Positions 52,688 to 62,326 of a stretch of DNA of 64,000 nt are shown here, in pieces. Source of the DNA: an uncultured Candidatus Rokubacteria bacterium (lineage in GTDB: Bacteria; Methylomirabilota; Methylomirabilia; Rokubacteriales; DASRDR01); assembly GCA_963805625.1 (NCBI GenBank), contig CAWDVE010000013.1, positions 384,001 to 448,000 of the forward strand. Direction: 5' to 3'. Each line of letters opens with the position of its first letter. Position 1 is the first letter of the stretch. The notes under the pieces are model-generated. The model was given only the letters and a program-made list of their open reading frames with translations, was not told the DNA's origin and ran no database searches. A program made the position numbers and the translations under genes.

Positions 52688-52889
52688 GACGCCACAGAGG
52701 CTCAGCACCGTGCTTACCCGGTTCCGGGAGTCCAGGGACTTGACACAGCGCACGCTGGCGAAGCGCGCGAAGGTGACGGAGGCCTATGTGTCACAACTCG
52801 AAAGCGGCAATCGCAGGAATCCCTCGCTGCCCGTCCTGAAGCGGCTCGCCAAGGCCCTCGGCGTGCCGGTGACGGCGCTGCTGGAGTGA
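52686..52889 (+). CDS. XRE-family HTH regulator
   Basis: LTQRTLA, YVSQLESG..NPSL, ALGVPVTALLE. Confidence 0.9.
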   Translation: MTPQRLSTVLTRFRESRDLTQRTLAKRAKVTEAYVSQLESGNRRNPSLPVLKRLAKALGVPVTALLE

Positions 52890-52935
52890 CGGATGGGAGG
52901 GCGAGATGCGCGTGCCGGTGCGGGGTAACTCGCCC

Positions 52936-53121
52936 ATGAAGCCCTTCACCCGGATTGCGGTGGTCGTGCTTTGGCTGATTGCCTTGCTGCAATTGCTGCG
53001 GTTCATCTTGCGCTGGGAGGTCACCTGGAATGGCGCGCCCGTGCCGCTCTGGCTGAGCGGGCTCGTGGCGGCCCTCGCCGTCGGCTTGGCGGTCATGGTC
53101 TGGCGGGAACGGCGGCGGTAA
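52936..53121 (+). CDS. small 2-TM protein
   Basis: MKPFT..A...LLR...W.V..NG..VP.W.S. Confidence 0.7.
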   Translation: MKPFTRIAVVVLWLIALLQLLRFILRWEVTWNGAPVPLWLSGLVAALAVGLAVMVWRERRR

Positions 53122-53251
53122 GAACCAACACGCAGCCTCGGCGTGGTGCGGACACACCGCCCGGGGCTGGCCCATCACCCCACACCCGGCGTTCAACGAA
53201 CGCCAGTTTTTCGCTCACAATCGCAAGGTCGACTCCTTTAGTTGTGCTAGC

Positions 53252-54736
53252 GTGACCTCCATGCGGCCGCCACGTGCCGGCGCGTTGCGATACGCGCTCC
53301 TCGCGGCCGCCCTCGCTTTTGCCCTCGTGAGGCCGGGGGCGGGTTCTGCGGAGGACCCTGCACCGGCCAAGGTGCTCGACTGGGAGACAGGGGCCGGCAA
53401 GAGCTACCTCGTTCCGGCACTCGAGATTCCCGCCTTCGGCTTCTTGCTCAACCTGTTCGACCGGGCCGTCTACGGCCCGCCGGATTACGACACCGACGGG
53501 GAGACGATCTGGAAGAACCTGCGGACCGCGCCGGAGTACGACAAGGACCCGTTCAGCGTCAACCAGCTCGCCCACCCGTATCAGGGCAGCCTGTACTACG
53601 GATTCGCCCGATCGGCCGGCCTCAACTTCTGGGAGTCGATGGGATACACCCTCTTCGGCAGCTTCCTGTGGGAGACCGCCGGCGAGACCACGCCACCCTC
53701 CATCAACGACTACGTCACGACGACCATCGGCGGGAGCTTCGTGGGTGAGGCGTTCTTCCGGATGGCGGGTCTGCTGCTCGAGCACGGGGGGGAGACGCCG
53801 GGATTCTGGCGCGAGCTGGGCGCGGCGGTGCTCTCCCCGTCAACCGGCTTCAACCGCCTCGCCTTCGGCGACCGGTTCAAGCCCGTCTTTCCGAGCCGCG
53901 ATCCGGCCATCTTCATTCGCCTGCGGCTCGGCGCCACGCTCACCACGGATGTGACCAACGCGGCGGGGACCTCCGAGGGAGTCAAGCGGCAGGAGGGCAG
54001 CGGCGATTTCTTCATGACCTATGGTCTCCCCGGCAAGCCCGGCTACAAATACAAGCGCCCCTTCGACTTCTTCCACTTCGAGTTCACCGCGGTTCCGAAC
54101 GCCAGCACGGCGGCCAACGCTATCGAGAACGTCACGGTTCGCGGCCTCCTTCGCGGAACGAAGTATGAGGTGGGCGACGACTATCGCGGCGTGTGGGGAC
54201 TCTTCGGCGGCTACGAGTACCTGTCGCCGCAGGTCTTCCGCGTCGCGACCACGAGCCTCACGCTCGGCACGGTCGGCCAGTGGTGGCTGACCCGCACCCT
54301 GGCCCTTCAGGGGACGGCCCTCGGCGGCGCGGGCTTCGGCGCGGCCGGCACCGTCGGCGACGAGGACGAGCTGGACTACCGCTATGGCATCGTCCCGGAA
54401 GCGCTCCTCAGCCTCCGCCTGATCGCCGGCGAGCGCGCGATGCTGGAGGCGTCGGGGCGCCAGTACTGGGTCGTCGGCCTCGGCGCCGGTGCGTCGGAAG
54501 GCGCCGAGGAGTATGGGCACGAGCTGATCAACCGCGCCAACGCGAGCCTGACCGTGCGCATCTACGGCCCGCATGCCCTCAGCATCGGCTACGTGATCTC
54601 GACGCGTGATTTCCGTTTCCCGGGTGGCGGAGACCGCCACCAGGCGGTGCAGACAGTCACCCTCTCTTACAACTTCCTCGGCCACACGCGGTTCGGCGCC
54701 GTCGAGTGGCGCCCCAGCGAGATGCCGTCCCGCTGA
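53252..54736 (+). CDS. DUF3943-like exported / outer-membrane protein
   Basis: Signal peptide; D.DPF.VNQ..HPYQG, WE.AGE...PS.ND. Confidence 0.85.
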   Translation: MTSMRPPRAGALRYALLAAALAFALVRPGAGSAEDPAPAKVLDWETGAGKSYLVPALEIPAFGFLLNLFDRAVYGPPDYDTDGETIWKNLRTAPEYDKDPFSVNQLAHPYQGSLYYGFARSAGLNFWESMGYTLFGSFLWETAGETTPPSINDYVTTTIGGSFVGEAFFRMAGLLLEHGGETPGFWRELGAAVLSPSTGFNRLAFGDRFKPVFPSRDPAIFIRLRLGATLTTDVTNAAGTSEGVKRQEGSGDFFMTYGLPGKPGYKYKRPFDFFHFEFTAVPNASTAANAIENVTVRGLLRGTKYEVGDDYRGVWGLFGGYEYLSPQVFRVATTSLTLGTVGQWWLTRTLALQGTALGGAGFGAAGTVGDEDELDYRYGIVPEALLSLRLIAGERAMLEASGRQYWVVGLGAGASEGAEEYGHELINRANASLTVRIYGPHALSIGYVISTRDFRFPGGGDRHQAVQTVTLSYNFLGHTRFGAVEWRPSEMPSR

Positions 54737-54873
54737 GCTAACGCGTCGTCCCGCCCCTGACCAGGTGCCAGTATCGCCCTTGGGAACGTCGGCAGTGTCA
54801 TCGCGACTAATCTAGTACGCGGGGCAGCCGACCCCGCTCGACGAACCTCTGAATCCGTAGCGGGCGCCGATTC

Positions 54874-54985
54874 CTACGGACAGTTCCGCGCGAGCCGATA
54901 GCCCGCGGTCTCGGCCTCGGCCGCGCTCCCGAACGGGACACGATTCTGCGAGGCGACCGCTCCGTAGTCGGGACAGTCGGGTAGC
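54874..54985 (-). pseudogene. Ada-type metal-binding C-terminal fragment (thermonuclease tail)
   Basis: PDCPDY...NRVPF.SAAEAE.AGYRLARNCP-stop. Confidence 0.6.
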
Positions 54986-55007
54986 CCGGGGCTAGGATCG
55001 CGTTGAG

Positions 55008-56009
55008 ATGGCGGGCGAGGGCATCGGGTCAACCCAGGGGAAGGACAGTCGGGAAGTGGCGGCTTGTCCGTACCCTAACCGCGCTCCGACAAGGGAGGCG
55101 CCTGGCATGCAGCGCGCCCTCCAGACCGAGCTGGCCGGGCTGGAAGGTCTCCGATCCGTCGGCGCCCGGGACCTGCAGGACATCCAGCGGGAGGTGGAGG
55201 GGCGACTCACGGACTGGCGCGGACTCCTCCGGCGCCAGATCGCCCAAAGCCGCCAGATCCTCAGGAAGCTCCTGGTGGGGCGAATCGTCTCCCATTATCT
55301 GGCGGGCCGCAGTGGCGTCCGGGGTAACGGGACCCAAGCCGCGATCGCCGCGGGGTACGCCCCCCGGAGCGCCGCCGTGCAGGCACACGCCCTCCTCAGA
55401 CGACCGAGGATCCAGCAGGCCCTCGCCGCCCGTTGCGCTAAGGCGGATATCACGGCGGACCGCGTGCTCGAGAAGCTGCGGCGCGTCGCCTTCTCCGACA
55501 TGGGCGACGTGGCGGACTGGAATGCGGACGGCGTGCGGGTGATTCCGCACGATCAGCTCAGCGAGGATGCGCGGCGAACGCTAGATGAAATCGTGGAGCA
55601 CACGACCCGGCGCATCACGACGCGGCGGACGAAAGCCCACGGGAAACCCGGCGAGCCGGGCTTTGTGCCGGAAGGCGAAGTGGAGACGGTGACGGAAGAG
55701 CGGCAGACGCGCGTGAAGCTCCACGACAAGATCGCGGCGCTGGTGACCCTCTCAAAGTACCTCGGCCTCCTGAAGGACCGGAGCGACGAGCCGGAGCGGC
55801 CCCTGTTCCCCAAGGGGTTCTTCGAGGCCAAGGTGCTGGGCCACGTGAACCGGATCAAGGGGTTCCTGCCCGAGGACACAGTCCTCGAGACGACGGCGAC
55901 TCCGGGAACCCCGAACCAAGCGCAGTATGCGAAGCCCAGGTCAAGTACAAGTCTCGACGGGACCTCCGACTACTGCTTCGGCGGAAGAACCGGGTTCGGA
56001 TTCGCCTGA
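55008..56009 (+). pseudogene. chimera of serine recombinase C-terminal fragment and phage terminase small subunit
   Basis: DWRGLLRRQ..RQILRKLLVGRI joined to NGTQAAIAAGY, ITADRVL.KL..AFSD, KLHDK..AL..L.K.LG. Confidence 0.7.
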
Positions 56010-56485
56010 ACGTTGCCCGTCTTCTGATCCTCGATGTTGACGCGGGGAGTCCCCTTTGGGGCCCATTCCCCTCCGGGCGTGACCGTCTTCGTCGTCACCG
56101 TGACGAAGACGGTCTTCTCGTCCGTGACTTTGCCGTTGAGCGTGGCGAGGTTGATGCTTTTCAGCACACACTTGACGCTGTGGGTCCCCCCACCCTGGAT
56201 ATTGTAGGAGGTCGTGCGACTGTCCCCTTGCCATTGGCCGTTCGACACATTGACGAAGTCCTTCACGGTCCCGTTGTCGGAGATGATGACTTGCAGATCG
56301 TTCTTGTCTATCTCGTCCAGGGTCATCTTGTAGGAACACTTGACGGTGACTTTGCTCCCGTCGGGTGTCTCCTTCGGTGTCGCGGAAAGGCCGGTGACCT
56401 TCCACAGGTCCGCCGCCGCCTCCGGCACCGCGCAGGTCATGAAGGCCAAGGCCATGGCAATCGCCGTCACCCTAGGTCCTTTCAT
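55970..56485 (-). CDS. secreted hypothetical protein
   Basis: GGAGG RBS; signal peptide ending AAA. Confidence 0.75.
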   Translation of the reverse strand: MKGPRVTAIAMALAFMTCAVPEAAADLWKVTGLSATPKETPDGSKVTVKCSYKMTLDEIDKNDLQVIISDNGTVKDFVNVSNGQWQGDSRTTSYNIQGGGTHSVKCVLKSINLATLNGKVTDEKTVFVTVTTKTVTPGGEWAPKGTPRVNIEDQKTGNVQANPNPVLPPKQ

Positions 56486-56996
56486 GGCTCACCTCCAGCT
56501 GCTGGGCTCAATCGCCCTCCTATCACATTACCGCCCCCGGCGCCCACCGCGAAGCCCGTCGTGTCGCCGTCCAGGCTGAACGGTGCCGTGAGGTCGAAGC
56601 TCACGGATGAAGGCACGGGCCCGATGAGCGCGGGGCGGTGTCTGGTACAGCCAATCCTGTTCCGGCGGGTGAGTGATATCTGAGTTGTGGCGCCCCGGGA
56701 TGCTGCCCGGTGGGGAGATTGACGCAAGACGTTACGCCACCCCGGCACCCTGAACAGGCCCCTCCCGACCCCGGAGAGAGAAGTGGCGCGCCTTCGAGGA
56801 TTCGGCCTATCCTCATCCGCGATGGGTCAGATTCGGGCCCACTTGCCCCGTGGTGCTCGTCCTCGCCGTACGCGTCGACGAGCGCCTCCTCGATGAGGCG
56901 ACGCAGGCGGGCCGAGGCCCGCGACGCGCGCGGCCGTCGTCCGGCACCGCCTGCGGAAGTCACGGTCGGCCCGACGCCATGGAGGTACCCGCCAGC

Positions 56997-57692
56997 TCAG
57001 CCGGCTTCGCGCCCACCCAGCCGCTCGACCGCATCGTGCACCACGCAGAGCGCCCGGTGCATGCGCCGGACTCGCTCGTCATCGGAGAAGATCAGGAGGA
57101 TGCCCCGGTTGAACAGCGTCAGCTCGAACGCCCGGCGCTCGTAGGCCACGTGTAACCGCTCGTACTCGATCGGCTCCCCCGCGTCCGGTTCGCCCCATTC
57201 ACCGGCAAGCTCCTCCAAGCGTTCCCGCTGGATCGCGTCGATGAAGACGGGCGGCAGGGTCTCCTCGCGTAGCGTCGTGCTCGGGGAGCTGGCCGCATCC
57301 GCCACGCGATCCAGCATCGCGCGTGCGTACGTCACCCGCACGATGCGGCCGGCCACGCCTGCCGCCATGGCGCGATCCTCCGGCCGGGCCGACCCCTGTC
57401 CCTCCGGCGTCTGGTCCCAGGGCGTCCCCTCCCACTGGTGGATGACCCCGTTGTCGCCACACGCCGGGCACTCCCACGAGATCCGTCCGGAACCAACTTC
57501 GATGACTGCCCAGATCTGTCCGGCACAGGGATGCCGGCCCGGGCGCCGCCGGCATCTGACGGACGTCTGCCGCAGGTCGCCGGGCGGTTGACTCGTCAGG
57601 GCTGAGACGATCGCGCCGAGATGATTGACCAGGGTTTTCGCCGGGTCCGGCACGTCCACCAGGCAACCCTCGGCATCCAGGTAGTCAGCCAT
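56997..57692 (-). CDS. zinc-ribbon hypothetical protein
   Basis: CRRRPGR.PC.G, W.CP.CGDNG.I..W.GT.WD. Confidence 0.65.
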   Translation of the reverse strand: MADYLDAEGCLVDVPDPAKTLVNHLGAIVSALTSQPPGDLRQTSVRCRRRPGRHPCAGQIWAVIEVGSGRISWECPACGDNGVIHQWEGTPWDQTPEGQGSARPEDRAMAAGVAGRIVRVTYARAMLDRVADAASSPSTTLREETLPPVFIDAIQRERLEELAGEWGEPDAGEPIEYERLHVAYERRAFELTLFNRGILLIFSDDERVRRMHRALCVVHDAVERLGGREAG

Positions 57693-57729
57693 CGCCGTGA
57701 TCCAGGGGTTGCCTATTCGTCTCACTCGC

Positions 57730-58947
57730 CTACCACTCCCACAGCGCCGTGAGGGGGACTGCGTGGAGATTCGGACCGAAGGCCACCGCCTGGCGCCCGA
57801 GGTACAGCACGAGGCCGCGATGGAACCGGCGACCGGCGATGTCGGCCAGCGCCTTGAGTCCCTTGAAGTCCTCGGCGGTGGCGGTTTGGCTGGATCGTAC
57901 CTCGACGCCGACCACGTGGCCATTCCGCTCGAGGACGAGGTCCACCTCGGCCCCCTTGGGCGTCCGGAAGTGAAAGAGGCGCGGGGGATCCGGGTTCCAG
58001 GACGCCTGTTTGAGCAGCTCGAGCCCGACGAAGTTCTCCAGCAGGCCGCCCCACAGGACCGGCTCGCCGAGGAGGCGCGCCTGGGTGAGCTGGAGGAGCG
58101 CCGCGGCGAGGCCCGTATCGACGAACGCCACCTTCGGCGCCTTCGTGACCCGGCTCCCGAGATTCGTGGCCCAGGCCGGCATCAGTCTGACGAGGAACGT
58201 CGTCTGGAGCAGGGTCATGTACCGCTGGAGCGTGGCGTAGGGAAGCCCAATCCCCCGGCCGATATCGGCGAGGTTCAGCAAGCTCGCCGTGCGCGACGCC
58301 AGGAGCGTCAGCAGATCGGGCATCGCCGTGAGCTTCTCGATGTGGGCCAGCTCCCGGACGTCCCGCTCGAGGACGGCCGTGACGTACGACGCGAACCACC
58401 GCCGGCGCCGGGCCTCGGGCCGGGCATAGGCGTCCGGGAAGCCCCCCCGGAGAATGCGGCGCGTGATCTCGGTGCGGTCCGGCGGGCTCGGCGCCTTCGG
58501 AAGCCGAGCGGCGAAGGCAGCGTCCAGGAAGCCCTCGCGCCGGCCCCCGATCTCCCCCTGAGACAGCGGGTAGAGCGTGAGGAGCTCCATGCGCCCGGCG
58601 AGGGATTCCGAGATCCGGGGGACGACGAGCACGTGGGCCGACCCCGTGAGCAGGAAGCGGCCCGGCCGGCGCCGGCGATCGACGGCGGCCTTGACGGCCA
58701 GGAGCAGATCCGGCGCTCGCTGCACCTCGTCGATGACGGTCAGCTCGTCGAAGGAAGCGAGGAAGCCCGTGGGATCCCGCTGGGCGGCCGCCAAGGTGGT
58801 GGCCTCGTCCAGGGTGACGTAGCGGTCCGGCGGGACGAGCGTCTGGGCGAGCGTGGACTTCCCCGCCTGGCGCGGCCCGACGAGACACACCACGGGCGTA
58901 TCCCGCAGCGCGGCCGTGATTGTCTCGGTGATATGCCGTCGAAGCAT
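57730..58947 (-). CDS. AAA+ ATPase (AAA_14 + DUF4143)
   Basis: GPRQAGKS, IDEVQR, LTGS, ESLAGR, GGFP, DTGL, EVDLV. Confidence 0.92.
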   Translation of the reverse strand: MLRRHITETITAALRDTPVVCLVGPRQAGKSTLAQTLVPPDRYVTLDEATTLAAAQRDPTGFLASFDELTVIDEVQRAPDLLLAVKAAVDRRRRPGRFLLTGSAHVLVVPRISESLAGRMELLTLYPLSQGEIGGRREGFLDAAFAARLPKAPSPPDRTEITRRILRGGFPDAYARPEARRRRWFASYVTAVLERDVRELAHIEKLTAMPDLLTLLASRTASLLNLADIGRGIGLPYATLQRYMTLLQTTFLVRLMPAWATNLGSRVTKAPKVAFVDTGLAAALLQLTQARLLGEPVLWGGLLENFVGLELLKQASWNPDPPRLFHFRTPKGAEVDLVLERNGHVVGVEVRSSQTATAEDFKGLKALADIAGRRFHRGLVLYLGRQAVAFGPNLHAVPLTALWEW

Positions 58948-59088
58948 GGGTGTATTATACCCATTGAATGGGTGATTTTCATCCACCAGAAGGTACCCGC
59001 ACCGTGTGTGGAGGCGGTCGGCTCACCGGTTCATCCCTGGTCTGGCCCGGGACCCCGAGCCGACCGCAACGGCGGCCTCGCCAGTGGG

Positions 59089-59940
59089 CTAGGCCTCCTC
59101 GAAGCGCGGCGGCCGCTTCGCGAAGAAGGCCTCGAGCCCCTCGGCGAAGTCGCGCCCGTCGGCGATGCGGGCGAGGTGCTCGAGCTCCCGGTCGAGATGG
59201 TAGTCGAGCCGATCCACTCCCGCCGCCTGGTTGAGCAGCGCCTTAGCGACGCCGTAGGCTCGGGTCGGGCCCTCGGCGAGCCTCCGGGCCAGCGCACCCA
59301 CTTCGTCCTCGAAGGCCTCGGCCGGGTGGACGGCAGTGATCAGGCCCATCTCCAGCGCAGCCCGCGCGTCGAGGCGCGGGTTGAGGAGGACCAGCTCCAT
59401 CGATCGCCGGAGCCCGATGAGCCGGGGCAGAAAGAAGGTGGAACTCTCAGCGCCGGTGAGACTGGTTTTCGGGTAGGCCCACTCGAACGTGGCGCGGGCG
59501 CTGGCCAGCACGAGATCGCAAGCCATCGCGATTCCGAAGCCGCCCGCCGCCGCCATGCCGTCCACGGCGGCGATGAACGGTTTCGGGGCCCGCTTGATCT
59601 CGGAGATCGTGCTGTGGATGTACTCGAGGATCTGCTTGAAGATCTCGCCGTACCCGCCCGGGACCTCCCGGGCGTCCGGCGAGAGGTAGCCGAGCTCGGC
59701 CCGCTCGCCGCCCGCCCGGATGTACTTGAGATCGGCCCCGCTGCAGAAGACCCCGCCCGCGCCCCGGATCACCACGGCGCGGATCTCGTCGTCGCGGGCG
59801 TACCGGAGGCCCGCTCTACGGAAGTCCTGGGCGGTCTCCACGTCGAGCGAGTTGAAGCGCTCTCGCCGGTCGATGGTGATGACACCCACCGCGCCGTCGC
59901 GCTCCATCCGGATGTGCTTCATGCTCGGCTCTACGGCCAT
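59089..59940 (-). CDS. enoyl-CoA hydratase/isomerase family protein
   Basis: FCSGADL, AAVDG.AAAGG, EG..AF..KRPP.F. Confidence 0.92.
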   Translation of the reverse strand: MAVEPSMKHIRMERDGAVGVITIDRRERFNSLDVETAQDFRRAGLRYARDDEIRAVVIRGAGGVFCSGADLKYIRAGGERAELGYLSPDAREVPGGYGEIFKQILEYIHSTISEIKRAPKPFIAAVDGMAAAGGFGIAMACDLVLASARATFEWAYPKTSLTGAESSTFFLPRLIGLRRSMELVLLNPRLDARAALEMGLITAVHPAEAFEDEVGALARRLAEGPTRAYGVAKALLNQAAGVDRLDYHLDRELEHLARIADGRDFAEGLEAFFAKRPPRFEEA

Positions 59941-59950
59941 GACCGTCTCC

Positions 59951-60991
59951 TCAGCAGATCCGAGGCAGCGGCTCCCCCTCCGGCTCGGAGAGCAGCCGCC
60001 GCCCGAAACCCGTGTCCAGGATCACCGCGCCTGCGTGCTCGGCGATGCATGTCCCGATGACGGCCGCGTTCTCCCCGAGCGGGTGGGCGCGGAGCGCCGC
60101 CAGCACCCGCTCCGCCGCCTCCGGCCGGACGCCCAGCACCGCCTTGCCTTCGTTGGCGATGTGGAGCGGGTCGATGCCCAGCAAGTCGGCGGCCGCTCCG
60201 ACCACCGGCGACACGGGCACGGACCGTTCGTCCAGCACGATGCCGACGCCGCTCTTGTCGGCCATCTCGTGGAGCGCGCTCGACAGCCCTCCGCGGGTCG
60301 GGTCCTTCATCGCCGTCACTGCGCCTCCGCCGGCAGCGAGCGCGCGGGCGACGAGATCGTTGAGCGGGGCCACGTCGGAGCGGAGGTCGGCCTCGAGTTC
60401 GAGCCCCTTGCGCAGCGCCATGATGGCGAAGCCATGGTCCCCCATGGTGCCGGTGACGAGGATGCGGTCACCGGACCGGAGACCCGAGTCGGGCACCACG
60501 CGGTCGGTGAGGCCGATGCCCGTCGTGTTGAGCACGATGCCGTCGAGCTCCCCTCGGCCCATGACCTTGGTGTCGCCCGTGACGATCACGGCGCCTGCTT
60601 CACGGCAGGTGCTGTGGATGGACGCCTGGATGCGCTCGAGATCCGAGCGGGCGAAACCCTCCTCCAGGATCACGGCGCAAGTGAGGGCCAGCACCTGGGT
60701 GGCGCCCATCATGGCCAGGTCGTTCACCGTCCCCGCGATGGCCAGCCGGCCGATGTCGCCGCCCGGGAAAAAGACCGGGTGGACCACGTGGGAGTCGGTG
60801 GTGATGACGAGCCAGCGGTCGCCGACCCGGAGCGCGGCTCCATCGTCCATCGCGGCCAGGCCGATCCCGTCCACGGGCGTCTCGGCGAAGCCATTCACGA
60901 AGAGGCCCTCGATGAGCGCCCGCATGGCCCGGCCGCCGGCCCCGTGCTTGAGGCTGATGCGCCGGTCGAGAAGGGGCGGCCGCGCTCTCAC
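59951..60991 (-). CDS. hypE: hydrogenase maturation protein HypE
   Basis: HGAGG, TTDSHV, GTVNDLA, DPTRGG, C-terminal PRIC. Confidence 0.95.
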   Translation of the reverse strand: MRARPPLLDRRISLKHGAGGRAMRALIEGLFVNGFAETPVDGIGLAAMDDGAALRVGDRWLVITTDSHVVHPVFFPGGDIGRLAIAGTVNDLAMMGATQVLALTCAVILEEGFARSDLERIQASIHSTCREAGAVIVTGDTKVMGRGELDGIVLNTTGIGLTDRVVPDSGLRSGDRILVTGTMGDHGFAIMALRKGLELEADLRSDVAPLNDLVARALAAGGGAVTAMKDPTRGGLSSALHEMADKSGVGIVLDERSVPVSPVVGAAADLLGIDPLHIANEGKAVLGVRPEAAERVLAALRAHPLGENAAVIGTCIAEHAGAVILDTGFGRRLLSEPEGEPLPRIC

Positions 60992-61290
60992 GGCGCTCCT
61001 CCGAGATCGGGGTGGCCGCCGTACTGGTGCCAGATCCTGCAGGTGCCTTCGCTCGAGACCATGCAGGCCCCCACCGGCGTCTCCGGCAGGCACTCCTTGC
61101 CGTACAGCGCGCAGTCTGTGGGCGAGGCGATCCCTGCCATGATGTCGCCGCAGACGCAGTCCTGGACGAGCGCAGACGGCGCGTAGTCCCAGAGGCCGGT
61201 CACGTCGATGCGGAAGCGCCGCCTCGCGTCCATGTGGGCCCACTCGTCGCGGAGGCGGAGGTTGCCGTTCGGCACGTGGGCGATGCCGCG
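60988..61290 (-). pseudogene. hypD: HypD C-terminal fragment
   Basis: RGIA, C.CG.I..G...P.DC..YG..C.PE.PVGACMVSSEGTC. Confidence 0.9.
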
Positions 61291-62326
61291 CGCCGTCCCA
61301 GGGGTGCCTGGCCTTGCCGTCGCCGTCGCTGTACTCGTACCAGGAGCGGGTGACCCACTCCGTGATCTGCTTGTGGTCCATCGGGTGGACCGTCGAGAGA
61401 TCGCGATTCAGGATCACGCCCCGCGGCAGCCAGAGCCGCGCCGCGTCGCCGCTCGTGTCGATGGGGTAGTCGCCGTAGGCGAGATAGTTGCCGACGCCGG
61501 CACCGAGCCCGGCCCAGTCCTTGTAGAACGGGGCGATGGCCAGGACGTCGGGGACGTAGACCTGGTCCACAAATTCCTTGGCGGTCACCAGGAGCTGATG
61601 CTGGAGCGCCAGCTTGTCGGCGTTGAGCGCGGCGGCGCTGTTGGGGTCCAGCGGGATGGCCATCCCGCCGACCAGGTAGGTCTGCGGGTGCGGGTTCTTG
61701 GACCCGAGGATCGCGTGGATCTTGATCACCTCGCGCTGCCAGTCCAGGGCCTCGAGATAGTGCGCCACCGCCATGAGGTTGGCCGCCGGCGGCAGCTTGT
61801 AGGCGGGGTGGCCCCAGTAGCCGTTGGCGAAGAGGCCGAGCTGCCCAGACTCCACGAACTTCTTCAGGCGATCCTGGACGGTCTTGAAGTAGGTTGTGCT
61901 CGACTTGGGCCAGGGCGAGAGGGACTGGGCGAGCTTGGAGGTCTCACCGGGGTCGGCCTTGAGCGCGCCCGTGATGTCCACCCAGTCCAGGGCGTGCAGG
62001 TGATAGAAGTGGATCACGTGGTCCTGGACGTACTGGATCCCCGCGATCAGGTTGCGGATGATCCGGGCATTATCCGGGATCTTGATACCGAGAGCGTCTT
62101 CCACTGCGCGCACGGCGCAGGCGGCGTGAACCGTCGTTCAGACGCCTCAGATGCGCTGGGCGAAGAGCCAGGCGTCGCGCGGGTCCCGCCCCTTGAGCAC
62201 CAGCTCCATGCCACGGAACATCGTGCTCGAGCTCCAGGCCTCCGCGACCTTGCCACCCTCCACCTGCGCCTCGATCCGGAGGTGCCCCTCGATCCTGGTG
62301 ATGGGGTCGATCGCGATCTTCGGCAT
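61291..62326 (-). CDS. group 1 [NiFe]-hydrogenase large subunit, N-terminal ~345 codons, two in-frame TGA (codons 60 and 63), truncated
   Basis: DPITRIEGH, RGME, QRI*GV*TTVH, HFYHLHALDW, NPHP. Confidence 0.9.
62104..62120 (-). other. candidate bacterial SECIS hairpin CUGCGC-CGUGC-GCGCAG
   Basis: 6-bp stem; loop starts 23 nt after the second UGA and 32 nt after the first. Confidence 0.4.

Noticed and set aside
57697-60060. 787-aa plus-strand ORF
   Set aside because: Antisense shadow of the AAA ATPase and crotonase genes.
59951-62113. 720-aa ORF as a genuine hydrogenase-HypE fusion protein
   Set aside because: The middle part is an off-frame reading of hypD created by the junction at 61290; hypE has its own GTG start at 60991.
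62138-62149. Genome-wide TGA reassignment (code 4 or 25)
   Set aside because: TGA is the normal stop of hypE, hypD, the small subunit and many other genes, and the aligned residue is Cys rather than Trp or Gly.
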